This document shows, piece after piece, positions 33,345-51,732 of a DNA stretch of 64,000 bases (its first letter is position 1; the number at the start of each line of letters is the position of its first letter). The stretch comes from the human T2T-CHM13v2.0 reference genome, Homo sapiens. The position numbers were made by a program, and so were the translations under genes. The notes under the pieces were generated by a model. That model searched no databases, was not told where the DNA came from, and saw only the letters and a program-made list of their open reading frames with translations. The stretch lies in NCBI RefSeq assembly GCF_009914755.1, contig NC_060925.1; one strand, written 5' to 3'.

Positions 33345-33760
33345 TTATTCTCTGTTGGCACCCCAATTCCTATTACTAACATTTCTGTCTCTTACTCTGT
33401 GCCTGCAAGAATCTGACCCCTAAAGTCTGCATCACCAGACTCTCCCGCAGGTTGGTTTCCGGGACAGACATGGAAGCTACCACCAGGAGTTTGGAAGTTG
33501 GGAAGGGAAAAAGGTTGGCATTGTTTACCCCCATACTTTCCTAGCTTGTCACAGTAGTCTGGGACCCTTATCACTATTGACACTGCTAGAAAGTACTTCT
33601 ACAGAACTACAGCTCCTCACTGAGCACTGTACCAGTATTTATGCCCCTTGCCCCTTTAGTCCTCAGGAAGGTAATGCTAATTACTAGATTTCCCAGCCTC
33701 CCTGCTCAAACTTCTGAAACTACCTGAAGAGAGTTCTGTTTTCTGTGGGAACTCAGAGTG
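33345..33760 (-). mobile_element. ERVL LTR remnant (LTR33/LTR16-like)
   Basis: GC-richer island CTCTGTGCC...TGCATCACC...CACCAGGAG...GGGAAGGGA resembling remembered LTR33. Confidence 0.5.
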
Positions 33761-33834
33761 AACCCAAAAGAATATGAGAAGTTGGGGAAACACCATCTAC
33801 TTGAAGACCTAATATAGAAATTGGTATCATGTAT

Positions 33835-34145
33835 ATAAATATATATATATATGAAATACATCATATATATGAAATAGATCATTTATGTGAAATATATATG
33901 ATATATATTAAATACATCATATATATGAAATATATGATATATATTAAATACATCATATATATGAAATATATATAATGAATACATGAAATACATCATATAT
34001 ATGAAATATATATAATGAATACCTGAAATACATCATATATATGAAATATATATAATGTATATATGAAATACATCATATATATGAAATATATATAATGTAT
34101 ATATGAAATACATCATATATATGAAATATATATTTTATATGTATA
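33835..34145. repeat. AT-rich minisatellite, 40-bp unit ATGAAATACATCATATATATGAAATATATATAATG(A/T)ATA(C/T)
   Basis: Exact period 40 visible from 33961 to 34130, with degenerate shorter units upstream. Confidence 0.9.
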
Positions 34146-34289
34146 TCTGGATGACCAAACAGTAAGTTTAAGGATTTGAATAACCAGTATGTGTGTCACA
34201 TGTCAGGAAGGTATAGCATCTCTACAAGACAATAAAAGGCATAGTTTACAGCCTTACTTAACCAGTCAATCTATTTTGTTCAATTAAAT

Positions 34290-34408
34290 TCACTGGAATA
34301 TAAACTTCATGAGAGCAGGGACTTTTCAGTTTTGTTGTCAGAGATTTTCACAATTCCTGGACTAGGCCTTCTCATAGTGAGTGCTCAATAAATGATCAAT
34401 AAATGGAT
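34290..34408 (+). mobile_element. L2a 3' end
   Basis: CACTGGAATATAAACTTCATGAGAGCAGGGAC...GTGCTCAATAAATG. Confidence 0.75.
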
Positions 34409-35574
34409 CTCCTGGCCAATAATTTATTCACCATTGAAAGACTTTATTTCAACACCTGTAAATGAAGAATACTATTACTTGTATTTCCTCAGAAATTCTA
34501 AACACAACTAATATAGATTTAAGCTGTTTATAAACTGTAAAGTATATACAAATATAAGATATTTTATTCCAGTGTTTGGAGTCAATTAAAGGAAAACAAA
34601 CCTTTAAGTGGCAGACTTCTAGTTATACTTTTTCTAAAAATAAGTTCCAGTTTCAGGAGTCTTAAAGTCATTATTCTATAAATCAAACACATGAGGAAAA
34701 ATGTAATAGAAAGAAAATAAAAATACATTTAGGTAAGTAGCCTTGTATGTGCCAGTGTAAAATAAATAGCCTAACAACATTCTATAATATTTTCATAAGA
34801 TAGCCCCTAGACCCTAAAACTTCTGCTCACATTTGATATTAGAGCTTTCAGGAAAAGTCTGGTGGCTCTTGGCAGAGTTTTTGATTGCATATACAAGGCT
34901 GAAATTAAATCTTAAATGTGGCATAAAATTCTTAAGAAGTAACTACCATAATCAGAAGATTAATGAAAACCTATGCTTCCTGTCTACTTAGAATTCGAAT
35001 TTGCCAAGGCATTAACTCTCACCAGTTTTTTTTTTTTTTCAAACACCCCATACAGTTAATGATTTTTTTTTCTCAACTGTTTTCTGTGGTAAAGGAAAGT
35101 TGCCAAAATGCTTAGAATTTTAGTGTAATTGAAAAATGCATCAGAGATTGCATTTGAACCATAATTCAAAGGAAAAAATGAGGGAAACCATATAATCACA
35201 GACATAACTACTTCCCACACAGCCCTTGTATTGCGCAGAATCCCAAAACTAACTTAAGAAACCAGCTTTGAGAAAATTAGCAGTGTCTTATATTACTTGA
35301 ATGTACTTCTAATTCAACATCTGCTTACCAAGTACTACAGAAAATGCCAAAAGTTGGATAAAACACTATGAAAAAACTGTACGTTTATCTTATACTTCCT
35401 ATGTTATCAATGTTAAACGAGGATTCTTACTAAAGCATAACTACCAATATGGCTCTATTGCATCAAATAAATTTAATTAATTAAAAGGTTATAAAAAGGT
35501 AACAGATCTTGCTTCCCACTTCCTTGTCTGCTATAGATGACCTATACCCTTTGAATTAATAACTGCTAGAAAAT

Positions 35575-36290
35575 ATATTTATTCATTCACTAAAAAATAC
35601 TAGTATTACATGTCAGGTACTATTTTAGATTTTGTGGACACAGCACAAAGCTCCTGCATTCTAGGAGCTTATATTCCAGAGGGAGAAACAAAATAAGAAT
35701 AATGTAGTATGCCAGAAAGTAATAAATGCTGTAAAGAACATAAAGTAATAAAGGATAGGGAATATATGTCAGAAAGTAGGATACTCTATTATAAAGTGTA
35801 ATCATGGAAAGTTTCACTGATTAAGAGACACTGAGACAGAGACACTTGAGGAACTGAGGAAATAAAAAATGCTATATCTAAGAGAGAGCTTTCCAGGCAG
35901 AAGGACTAATGAATGTCCAGGCCCCATGGCACAAGCAGCCCCAAGGCAAGAGATTAATTAATATATTCAAGTGAGGGACACCTTGTGAACCAACAATCCA
36001 CAGGTAGCAACATGGAGAGGAGACACTGATAAACTCTAACAGGAGAGGCAGAGGGTGTGGTATGGGTCACATAAGGTCCTGCAGACTATTGGAATAACTT
36101 TACAAATGAAATGAAATGCTACTGGAAGATTATGAGCAAAGAGGTGGCACACTTCATTCATTCATTTGTTCTTTTGGCCAGGTGCTACTTGAAAGAAATA
36201 GACTTGCTTTTCTAGTTATGCTGCTTAGAGAACAGATGAAATGGCAAAAGCAGAAAGATCAATTAAAGGCTCTTGCAATTATCCAAGGAA
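35575..36290 (-). mobile_element. L2 fragment
   Basis: ATTCATTCAC...CCTGCATTCTAGGAGCTTATATTCCAG...TTCCAGGCAGAAGG pattern. Confidence 0.7.
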
Positions 36291-36474
36291 CAAGTAATAC
36301 TGATAGTTATAATAATAGACAATACTTAGTTGGCACTCACTATATACCTGCCACTCTTCTAAGAACTATATACAGTCAAATCATAAACAGAAATAGAGTA
36401 GTTTATGCTTTAAAAACATCAAGGTCTTAAAAAACTTACTTAAACAATAATTTAAATAATATATCAATATTCTT

Positions 36475-42625
<6,151 letters not shown>

Positions 42626-45494
42626 TATATCAATATTCTTATTACACTTCTTTTAGCTAATAACAATCTCACATTAACTGTGTGTTTACTATAAAACTCA
42701 AGAAGTATAGAAAAGATGGTGAAATGATTCTTTGGCTCAGGATAGTCCCACAGCCTTTTACTAGTTTAAAGCATGGTTTAAAACACATAGCTCATAAGTA
42801 ATATGAAAGATAGTTAAAGTCCTCTACATTCAGCTCAAATTTAAACAGTTTGTATATGTAAAAAGTAAATATCACCTATTTGTTACCTATGTGCTAAAGG
42901 CCAAAAATATTAAGTTCCTCCCTCCCATTACCTCTCATATCCTAACAGTCCCCAAGACCTACCAGTTCTATTCCATATTGAAAATAAGACCCTTTTCTCC
43001 ATTTATTCTGCTATGGCCTTATCTCTACTCTAAGTACCTTTTATTTGAACCAATATTCAACAATTCATGTTTTCTTTTTTTTAAGTCAGATTCTTCCAAT
43101 TCTAAACTAGCTCCTTCACTGTCACAAAAAGAATTCTAAAAAAAACCTTAATGTTTAATTCCTCTACTTAAGGAATGTTCTCATAGCCTATAGTTTAAAG
43201 TTCAACCACCTTAGTATGGTATAAAAGACAAATGGGCTTTTACACACTAACCCAGGTCTCCTCCCAAATGCCCCCAAACCACATTACATTTCTCAGAACT
43301 GCTGGGCTTATTACAAATCTTCATCTTTTACATGTGTTCTCACCTTTAAATGTCCTTTTATTTTTACTACTCTAGGTTTAGTTATTATTCCCCCCTTGAA
43401 TATTTTTATGTCTTTATTATGTAACACAAGTCTTTTATTACAACTATGTTTCTATATCCCTTACTTAAGCACAACAATTGACACATAATATTTATTTTAT
43501 TTCAACAGAGAATAATCAACTTAAGTGAACACCTAGCTTTTGAATAACATATGCTATCTTACAGCTTTCCCAACCCTTTATTCTCCCTGATACTTCTAAC
43601 AAAGCCTTAGCCATTTCTGGGTAAAGCATTCATTCATGCATTTACTAATCTTTATTAACTATAAACACCGTGACAAACTTTGGGATTGATGTTGCTCCTG
43701 GAATGGTAAAGTAATGGAATATAAAAATCTAGCACTCAAGAAATACGTAGTCCAATAAGGAAGCTGTACATTAATAGGTAATTCTAAAACAACCTGGTAA
43801 TTACAGACAAACAAGAATGCAAATGTAAGATGATTTCTTCTTTAAAAAGTTAATAAAGTACTGCAGGCTAATAATAGACCTTAAAAGGGGGAAATAAAAC
43901 TAAGGTCATCAATACAGAGACAATATTTGTAAAAGAGGAAACATAAAATGTATGAAACACTATTGTGCATTGCCGGCAGTAGCTAATCCAATGACGCACT
44001 AATCAGCAAAATAGAAATCCAAATTAAACAGGGCAATGCCCCTTTTAGAGGACAAGTAGCATCCTATATAAACTGTGGTACTTTGGATCTCTATAGAGCT
44101 CAGAAATCTAAATTTGCCTTAAATGCGTCATTGAGCTTCTTGAAACAGTTTTAGCCACAAATCCTACTAAATATAAAATTATAACAAAAGGTCAATAAAG
44201 TCCCAAAATATGGGACTTTATTTGCATATCACAATACAATGGTGCTGATCTGATTCCAGATGGTCTGACTGGCAACAGGATACCTTGAGGCTGTTGTATA
44301 GTAAAGTACAGTAGCATCTAGAAAGGAGAACTGAGAAAATCCATTTCAAATTCAGCCCTACAGAATCACTGAAGCTTGGTCATAAATAATGTGGCACATT
44401 TTTGTTTGTTGTTTTTCACTACACTTGACAGACAAATTCAGTGTGCAGCAATAAAGAATGTAATTATACATAAAACAGCCAAAAACAGATGCGCTTTTGA
44501 GTCTTGGCTAAGGATAACTCTCAAAAAAGAATTACATCAAAGTTGTGGCTCTGTCTACTCTTATACAAGTGGTCAGTAGTGGAACTTAAATATCTCCTAA
44601 AAACAAAAATCAAAAGAGAAAAATTTTTATGTGGAATCTCAATTTGTTAATAATAGTCTAATAAAATCTAACAAATGCTCAACTTATTGCCATAAAAACA
44701 TCTTACATTTTAAATACTGCTAAAAGATACTATCATGTAAATACATTTGACTATTTCTTCACGAAAACTATAAAACCTCCTTTTAGAAAGAACAACTGCA
44801 TATATTGTTCTATATTAAAGAAATTCAACATGTTTGTGAATGCAGTGAGGCTTTATATTATTTTTGTTACAAAACTCTAATTTACCTGGGTGTGTGGTAT
44901 CCCCTGAGATTTTCACACTAATGTGCATTGAATTTGTGTGTCACACTGAATTTGGAATTGGATTGTTTTTGAATATCAAGTCTACCACATTTTTACCTAA
45001 TGTTTGTTGTCCACAGTTTATTTCTGTTAAAATTGTACATTAATTTCTGATTTTAGAAAGTAATTTTGTTGTTTTAATACATTATACAAAAAATGAATCA
45101 TGAAACAGATTCCAGACAATATTTTCAATAATTAAAAAGCCACAGCTACATTGCGAAATGCACATGCGAACCAAAGATCTACAGACAAGAATTAAACTTA
45201 ACACCCATAAGTAAACTCAAAGCTTCCTTGCTTTTCTCTTTTGCTGACTCTATGCTACTCTAACAAGAGTAAATGATAAAGTACCACGTTCAAATGGCAT
45301 TTTGCTTTTGCCTTCAGGTATTGAAGGCTTCTTTAAAATAATAAACTATAAACCTGAGTCTTTTACAAAGCCAAATGTGGCTCCTATGTTAACCATATCT
45401 GTGTTTTTCACTTAAATTCAGCAATAATAAATGAAAAAAGGGTGTTTTGTTGTTGTTGTTGTTGTTTCTAAAAAAAAGAAAAAAAAAGCCAACA

Positions 45495-45800
<306 letters not shown>

Positions 45801-45829
45801 CAAACACTCATAAAACACTCAATACTGCA

Positions 45830-46035
45830 ACACACAGATTAAAGTATTTTACAAACATTAATTTAATTTCCAAACGGCTCTATAGGATGCATAGCACTGT
45901 TATTCCATTTTACAGATGAGGAAGGAAACAGGGAGACTGGATATCTTGTCTGTAATCTCAGAGCTGGTTAATTTCCAAAACCAAAATTCAAGCCAGGGCT
46001 GTCTGACTCCAGAGTCAACATTGTTAACTACCATG
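45830..46035 (-). mobile_element. MIR
   Basis: TTATTCCATTTTACAGATGAGGAA...AAATTCAAGCCAGGGCTGTCTGACTCCAGAG. Confidence 0.8.
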
Positions 46036-46510
46036 TGTGTGATTTTAAAATGCAAATACTTAAATTATCATCATTTCATCATTATTATAATCTTTTTCAT
46101 TCAACCATACCTGTACTTGTTAGATACTGTATGATACCTTTACCTTCATCTTTTATTTCTCAATTAAACAATAAATATTATGTTATCATCTGTGCCTACT
46201 CACATCCAACATTCTGCTTAAGTTCATATTTTATGGAAGACCTTCTACACATTTACAAAGATAGTATTTAGAGAAATAATTAGTGAACACACCTTTATAT
46301 TTTAAAATCCAGATAGAAAACATATAATGTTAATTTTTTTAAATAGTGATAGCTTATTTTGTTTTCTTTCTTAATTAAAGAAGTTCCACAGAGAAGACAG
46401 AGCAAGGAGGATTCAGACTTAACTGTGAGATAATAGAATTGTACCAATTTTAGGGATTTGGAAGATGAGGCAAGAGCAAGTACCATGCTTATCTCTTTAA
46501 TGGTATACAT

Positions 46511-46696
46511 TAAGCTTGTCCAACCCATGAACCACATCCACATGAGGCCCAGGAGGCTTTGAATGTGGCCCAAAACAAATTCATAAACTTTCTTAAAATA
46601 CTAGCTTTCATTAGTCTTAGTGTATTTTATGTGTGCCCCAAGACAATTCTTCTCTTCCAATGTGGCCCAGGAAAGCCAAACGATTGGACACCTCTG
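46511..46696 (-). mobile_element. MER30 (hAT-Charlie MITE) with 8-bp TSD
   Basis: TSD GTATACAT at 46503-46510 and 46697-46704; termini AAGCTTGTCCAA / TTGGACACCTCTG. Confidence 0.85.
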
Positions 46697-47572
46697 GTAT
46701 ACATTTTTCATAAGAAATGAATACTTTTCAAACGTTCGTATCTTGGGAAAGCCAATACTCCTATGACTGTGTAAGCCCGCTACAGCCCAACTCTCTTGCT
46801 GTTGAAAACTATAAACTCTGAACAAAATGCAATAAACAACTAGCTGACAATTCTGTAAATTATGCAGATTATAGAAGAGAGTCAAAATTTGGAGAAATTA
46901 GCCTACAGGTATAACTTACTTGTGTTTTATTTTGTTTTGTTTTTGTTTTTGTTTCATATTTTATCAAGGTTTTGTCCCAAGGGTGGAATCCAGTAGCTGA
47001 GCAGAACAACTGTTGTCTGCCTAAAACTTTGAAAGAAACCCTGTGTTTTTGGACATAGGAACTAGGGGAAAAATGCAGGTTAGAAAGTGTACGGGAATCT
47101 GAGATGAGAAAAATGAAGAGGGGAATTGCCTAATTTTTGTATGAACCATAAAAACCTCAGGCTATCTCCAGAATTAAGCATGTGTAACAGACCCAAACCA
47201 ATTGAGGAAAAACTTAAGGAATTGAACTGAAATTAAAACTACCTATATGAGGTCTCCTAATAGCTTCTGAATTTATGTTATGTGAGAGAGAAAATACCAA
47301 TATTCTGACAGTTAAAACTTCCAAGAGTTAAAAACACCAAGGAGACTCAGTCATGGGGGAATCCTGCACTTTTGTGAGTTTTACTTGGAAGAGCTCTATA
47401 AGGCCTGTAAGTGAATATCATAAAGACTTCCTCTCATGCTTCTGGAAGTGGGAGGAGAAAAGGAATCATGTTGAAAACACCAGAACATTCTGTTCTTCTT
47501 AAAAAAAGCATGCCCTCAGAGTAACCTGCTGGGATTTCATCATAGTTTAACCTAACTTGAGAAAGGGAAATA

Positions 47573-50023
47573 CAAGCATAACTTGAAGATATCGCATGTT
47601 CAGTTCCAGACCACCACAATAAAGAAAATATTGCCAAGATTTTTTTCAGTTTCTCAGTACATATAAAAGTTATGTTTACACTATTCTGTTGTCTATTAAA
47701 TGTACAAAAACATTCAGTGTAAAATAAATGTATGTATCTTAATATAAAAATACTTTACTGCTAAAAAATACTAACGATTATTTGAACCTTCAGCAAACTG
47801 TAATATTTTTGCTGGTGGAGGATCTCACCTCTGTGTCTATAACTGCTTAGGGTGGTGGTTGCTGAGGTTTGAGGTTGCTGTATCAATTTCTTAAAATAAG
47901 GCAATGATGAAGTTTGCCACATCAATTGACTCTTCCTTTCATAAAAGATTTCTCTGTAGCATGTGATGCTTTTTGATAGCATTTTACCCACAATAGAACT
48001 TCTTCCAAAACTGGAGTATTTTCAAACTCTGTTGCTGCTTTATCAACTAACTTTATATAATATTCTAAATCCTTTGATGTCATTTAACAATATTCACAAC
48101 CTCTTCACCAGAAGTAGATTCCATCTCAGAAAAAAACACTTTATTTCCTTATCCATAAGAAGCAACTCATCTGTTCAAGTTTTATCATGAGGTTACAGCA
48201 GTTCAGTTACATCCTTGAGCTCCACTTCCAATTCTAGTTCTCTTGCTATTTCTGCCGCATCGGCATTGACTTCCCTACTGACATCTTGAATGCTTCAAAC
48301 TCATTTTGAAACAAACTTCTCCTCCTATGAATCACAAATGTTCTTATTGACATCTGGAATGGTGAATCTTTTCTAGAAAGTTTCTAATTTACTGTGTCCA
48401 GATTCATCATAGGAATCACTATGTATGGCAGCCATAGCATTATGAAAAGTATTTCTTAAATAGGAAGGCTTGAAAGTTGAAATTACTATTGATCCATGGG
48501 CTATTGATGTTGTGTTAGCAAGCATGAAAACAACATTAATCTCCTTACACATCTACATCAGAGATCTTGGGTGACCAGGTTTATTGTCAATGAGCAGTAA
48601 TATTTTGAAAAGAATCATTTTTTTTCTCAGCAGTAGGTCACAACTGTAGGCTTAAAATATTCAGTAAACCATGATGCAAATGAATGTGCTGCCATTCAGA
48701 CTTTGTGGTTCCATTTATAGAGTACAGCAGGATTGATTTAGTATAATTCTTAAGGGTCCCAGGATTTTTAAAATGGTAAGTGAGCACTGGCTTCAACTTA
48801 AAGTAGCCAGCTGCATTATCCCCTAACAAGAGAGTTTGAAGCTGTCCTTTGAAGCTTTAAAGCCAGGCATTGATTTCTGTTCTCTAGGAACATCTTAGAT
48901 GGTATCTTCTTCCAACAGAAGGCTGTTTTGTTTACATTGGAAATCTGTTGTTTAGTGTAGCAGCTTTCAACAATTTACCTTAGCTAGATCTTCTGGATAA
49001 TTGTCTACAGCTTCTATATCAGCACTTGCTGTTTCACTTTGCACTTTATATTGTGAAGACAACTTATTTTCTTAAACATCATGAACTGACTTCTGCTAGA
49101 TTTGATCTTTTCTTCTGAAGCTTCCTCACTTCTCTGAGCTTTCACAGAATTGAAGAGAGTTAAGGCCTTGTTCTGGATTAAGCTGCGGCAGAAGAGAATG
49201 TTGTGGCTGGTTTGATCTTCTATTAGACTACTCAAACTTTCTCCATATCAGCAATAAGACTGTTTTGCTTCCTTACCATTCATATGTTCACTAGAGTAGT
49301 ACTTTTAATTTCTTTAAAAATATTTTCCTTTGCATTCATAACTCTTGGATTCACAGGGCACAAAAGGCCTGGCCTTTGGCTTATCTCAGCTTTCAACATT
49401 CCTTCCTCACTAAGCTTAATCATTTCTAGCTTTTGATCTCAAGTGACTCTTGAACACTTGAACCTGTGACTCTTCCTTTCCCTTGAACACACATAGGTCA
49501 TTGTGGGGTTACTAAATGACCTAATTTCAATATTGCTGTGTCTCAGGCAATAGAGAGCCTCAAGGAGGAGAGAATTTGAGAATAGCTGGTCAGTTGAGCC
49601 AGTTGAGCAGTCAGAACACACAAAACATTTATCACTTAAGTTTACCATCTTATTGTGTACACTATTATTATATATAAGATGGTATATGCTCATTTCATGT
49701 CTCTGTAACTTATTTTGGTAATTCTCATGACATTTCAAATCTTTTCATTTTTATAACTGCTATGGTGATCTGTGATCAGGGATCTTTAATGTTACAGTTG
49801 TAATTGTTTTGGGGTCTCATAAACCATACTTATAATAATAATAAAAAGTTTAAAATATTGTGAGAATTATTGAAATGTGACACAGTCATGATGTGAGCAC
49901 ATGCTGCTGGAAAAAATGATGCCAACAGACTTGCTTGATTCAAGGTTGCCACAAACTTTCAATTTGTAACAAGAGCAATATCCACAAAGCATAAAGAAAA
50001 GCATGATATAACAATGTATGTTG
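47573..50023 (-). mobile_element. Near full-length Tigger1 DNA transposon (decayed), inserted at TA within an old L1 5' region
   Basis: TA|CAAGCATAACTTGAAGATATCGC terminus; transposase-like remnants (IEDQTSHNI...LIQNKALTLFNS; GDNAAGYFKLKPVL); other end near GGTTGCCACAAACTTTCAATTTG. Confidence 0.88.
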
Positions 50024-51554
50024 TGCCTAACTGCAGTGCAGCATTATCCTTCAGTGTGAAAGAAAGGAAATTCCCTACTACAGCTCCCTCTGGTCTTCCA
50101 TGTGGAAGAAGGAAAATAACCCCAGCCACCTTCAGCCATCCTGTTCCACCTAAGGTCATGGGGTGAGGGACTGTGAAGCACTGATAAAATTCACAGTCCA
50201 GGGCTCAGGCTCACCAAAATCTGAGACCTAATCATAGAATGAGTCCTTCCCGTTTCACCTTACCAACACATAGCTAAGGGCTTATTAAAAAAAAACAAAA
50301 CATAGTTTCTTTTACCCAGTGCATCATGTTCACCTTTCAACACAAAATTAAAAGGCATACTGCAAGGAAAAGAAACTACAGTTTAAAGAGACTGAATAAG
50401 CATCAAACCAGAGTCAGATATGGCAGAAAGGTTGGAATTATCATTCTAGGAATTTTTCAAACTATGATTCCCGTGCTAAGAACTTTAATAAAAAAGTAGA
50501 CAACAGGCAGGAACAGAATGGCTAATGTAAGCAGAAAGATGATAACTGTAACAAAGAATCAAAAATAAATGCTGTAGATAAAAAACACCATAATTGAAAT
50601 GAAGCATACATTTGATGGGCTCATTAGTAAATTAGACACTGCTAAGGAAAGAATCTGAGTTTGAGGAGGTGATAATCAAAACTTCCAAAACTAAAAGCAA
50701 AGAGAAAAAAAGCTGGGAAATACAAAACTAAACAGGATATCTAAAAGCTTTGGGACAACAACAAAATATGTAATTACACACAATAGGAATACAAGGAGAA
50801 AGAGAGAAAAGAATAGAACCAACATTTGAAGCAATAGTGACTGAGAATTTGCCCAAATTAATGTCAGACATCAAACCAAAATTCCAGAAGTATAATATTC
50901 AAATATCAGACCAAAAATCTGGGAATATCATTTTCAAATATCAGAAAATCTAAGATAAATTTAAAAATATTAAAAGAACCCAGAGGGGAAAAAAACCAAC
51001 TTACCTATACAAGCGAAGATAAGAATTACATCTGACTTATCAGAAATCATACAAGAAAGAGAGACTAAAGTGAAATATATAGTGTTGAGAGAAAAATACC
51101 ACCAAACTAGAATTCTGTACCCTGAGAAATCATTCTTCAAAAGTGAAGGAGAAATATAGACTTTCTCAGACAAACAAAAATTGAGGAATTTGCTGCCAGT
51201 AGGCCTGCCTTGCAAGCAATGTTAAAATAAGCTTTTCAGAAATAATAAAAATTATATAAGTGAGAAGCTTAAATCTACATAAACTATTCAGAGAATGAAT
51301 AAGTGAAGGTAAAATATTTTTTATTATTATTAATTGATCTAAGGTATAAGTTTTTTCAAAATAATAATAGCAATAATGGATTTCACTGCATATATGCTTA
51401 TGTATAAGTAAAATGAATGATTGCAATGACAGAAAAGGCAGGAGAGAGGAATTTGAAATATTTTATAAGATACTTGCTTGCATTACTCATAAATCAGTAT
51501 AGTGTTATTTAAAAGTTGACTTGGAATAGGTGTAAGTTCATATTTAAAAACCTA

Positions 51555-51732
51555 GCCAGGTGAGGCGGCACATGCATTTAATCCCAGCATTTTGGGAGGC
51601 CAAGGCTGGTGGATTTATTGAACCCAGGAGTTTGAGACAAGCCTGGGCAACACAGTGAGACCCTATCTCTACAAAAAAATAGAAAAGAATCAGCCAGGCA
51701 TGGTGGTACTGGAAGGATCACCTGAGCCCAGG
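51555..51732 (+). mobile_element. AluJ fragment with a deleted right monomer
   Basis: Left monomer and linker, then an abrupt jump GGTGGTACTGGAAGGATCACCTGAGCCCAGG. Confidence 0.8.

Noticed and set aside
33835-34145. Regularly spaced repeats resembling a CRISPR array
   Set aside because: No unique spacers, pure AT minisatellite, eukaryotic intron.
47761-49738. Tigger1 ORFs as a domesticated transposase
   Set aside because: Only short, frameshifted fragments with an internal deletion.
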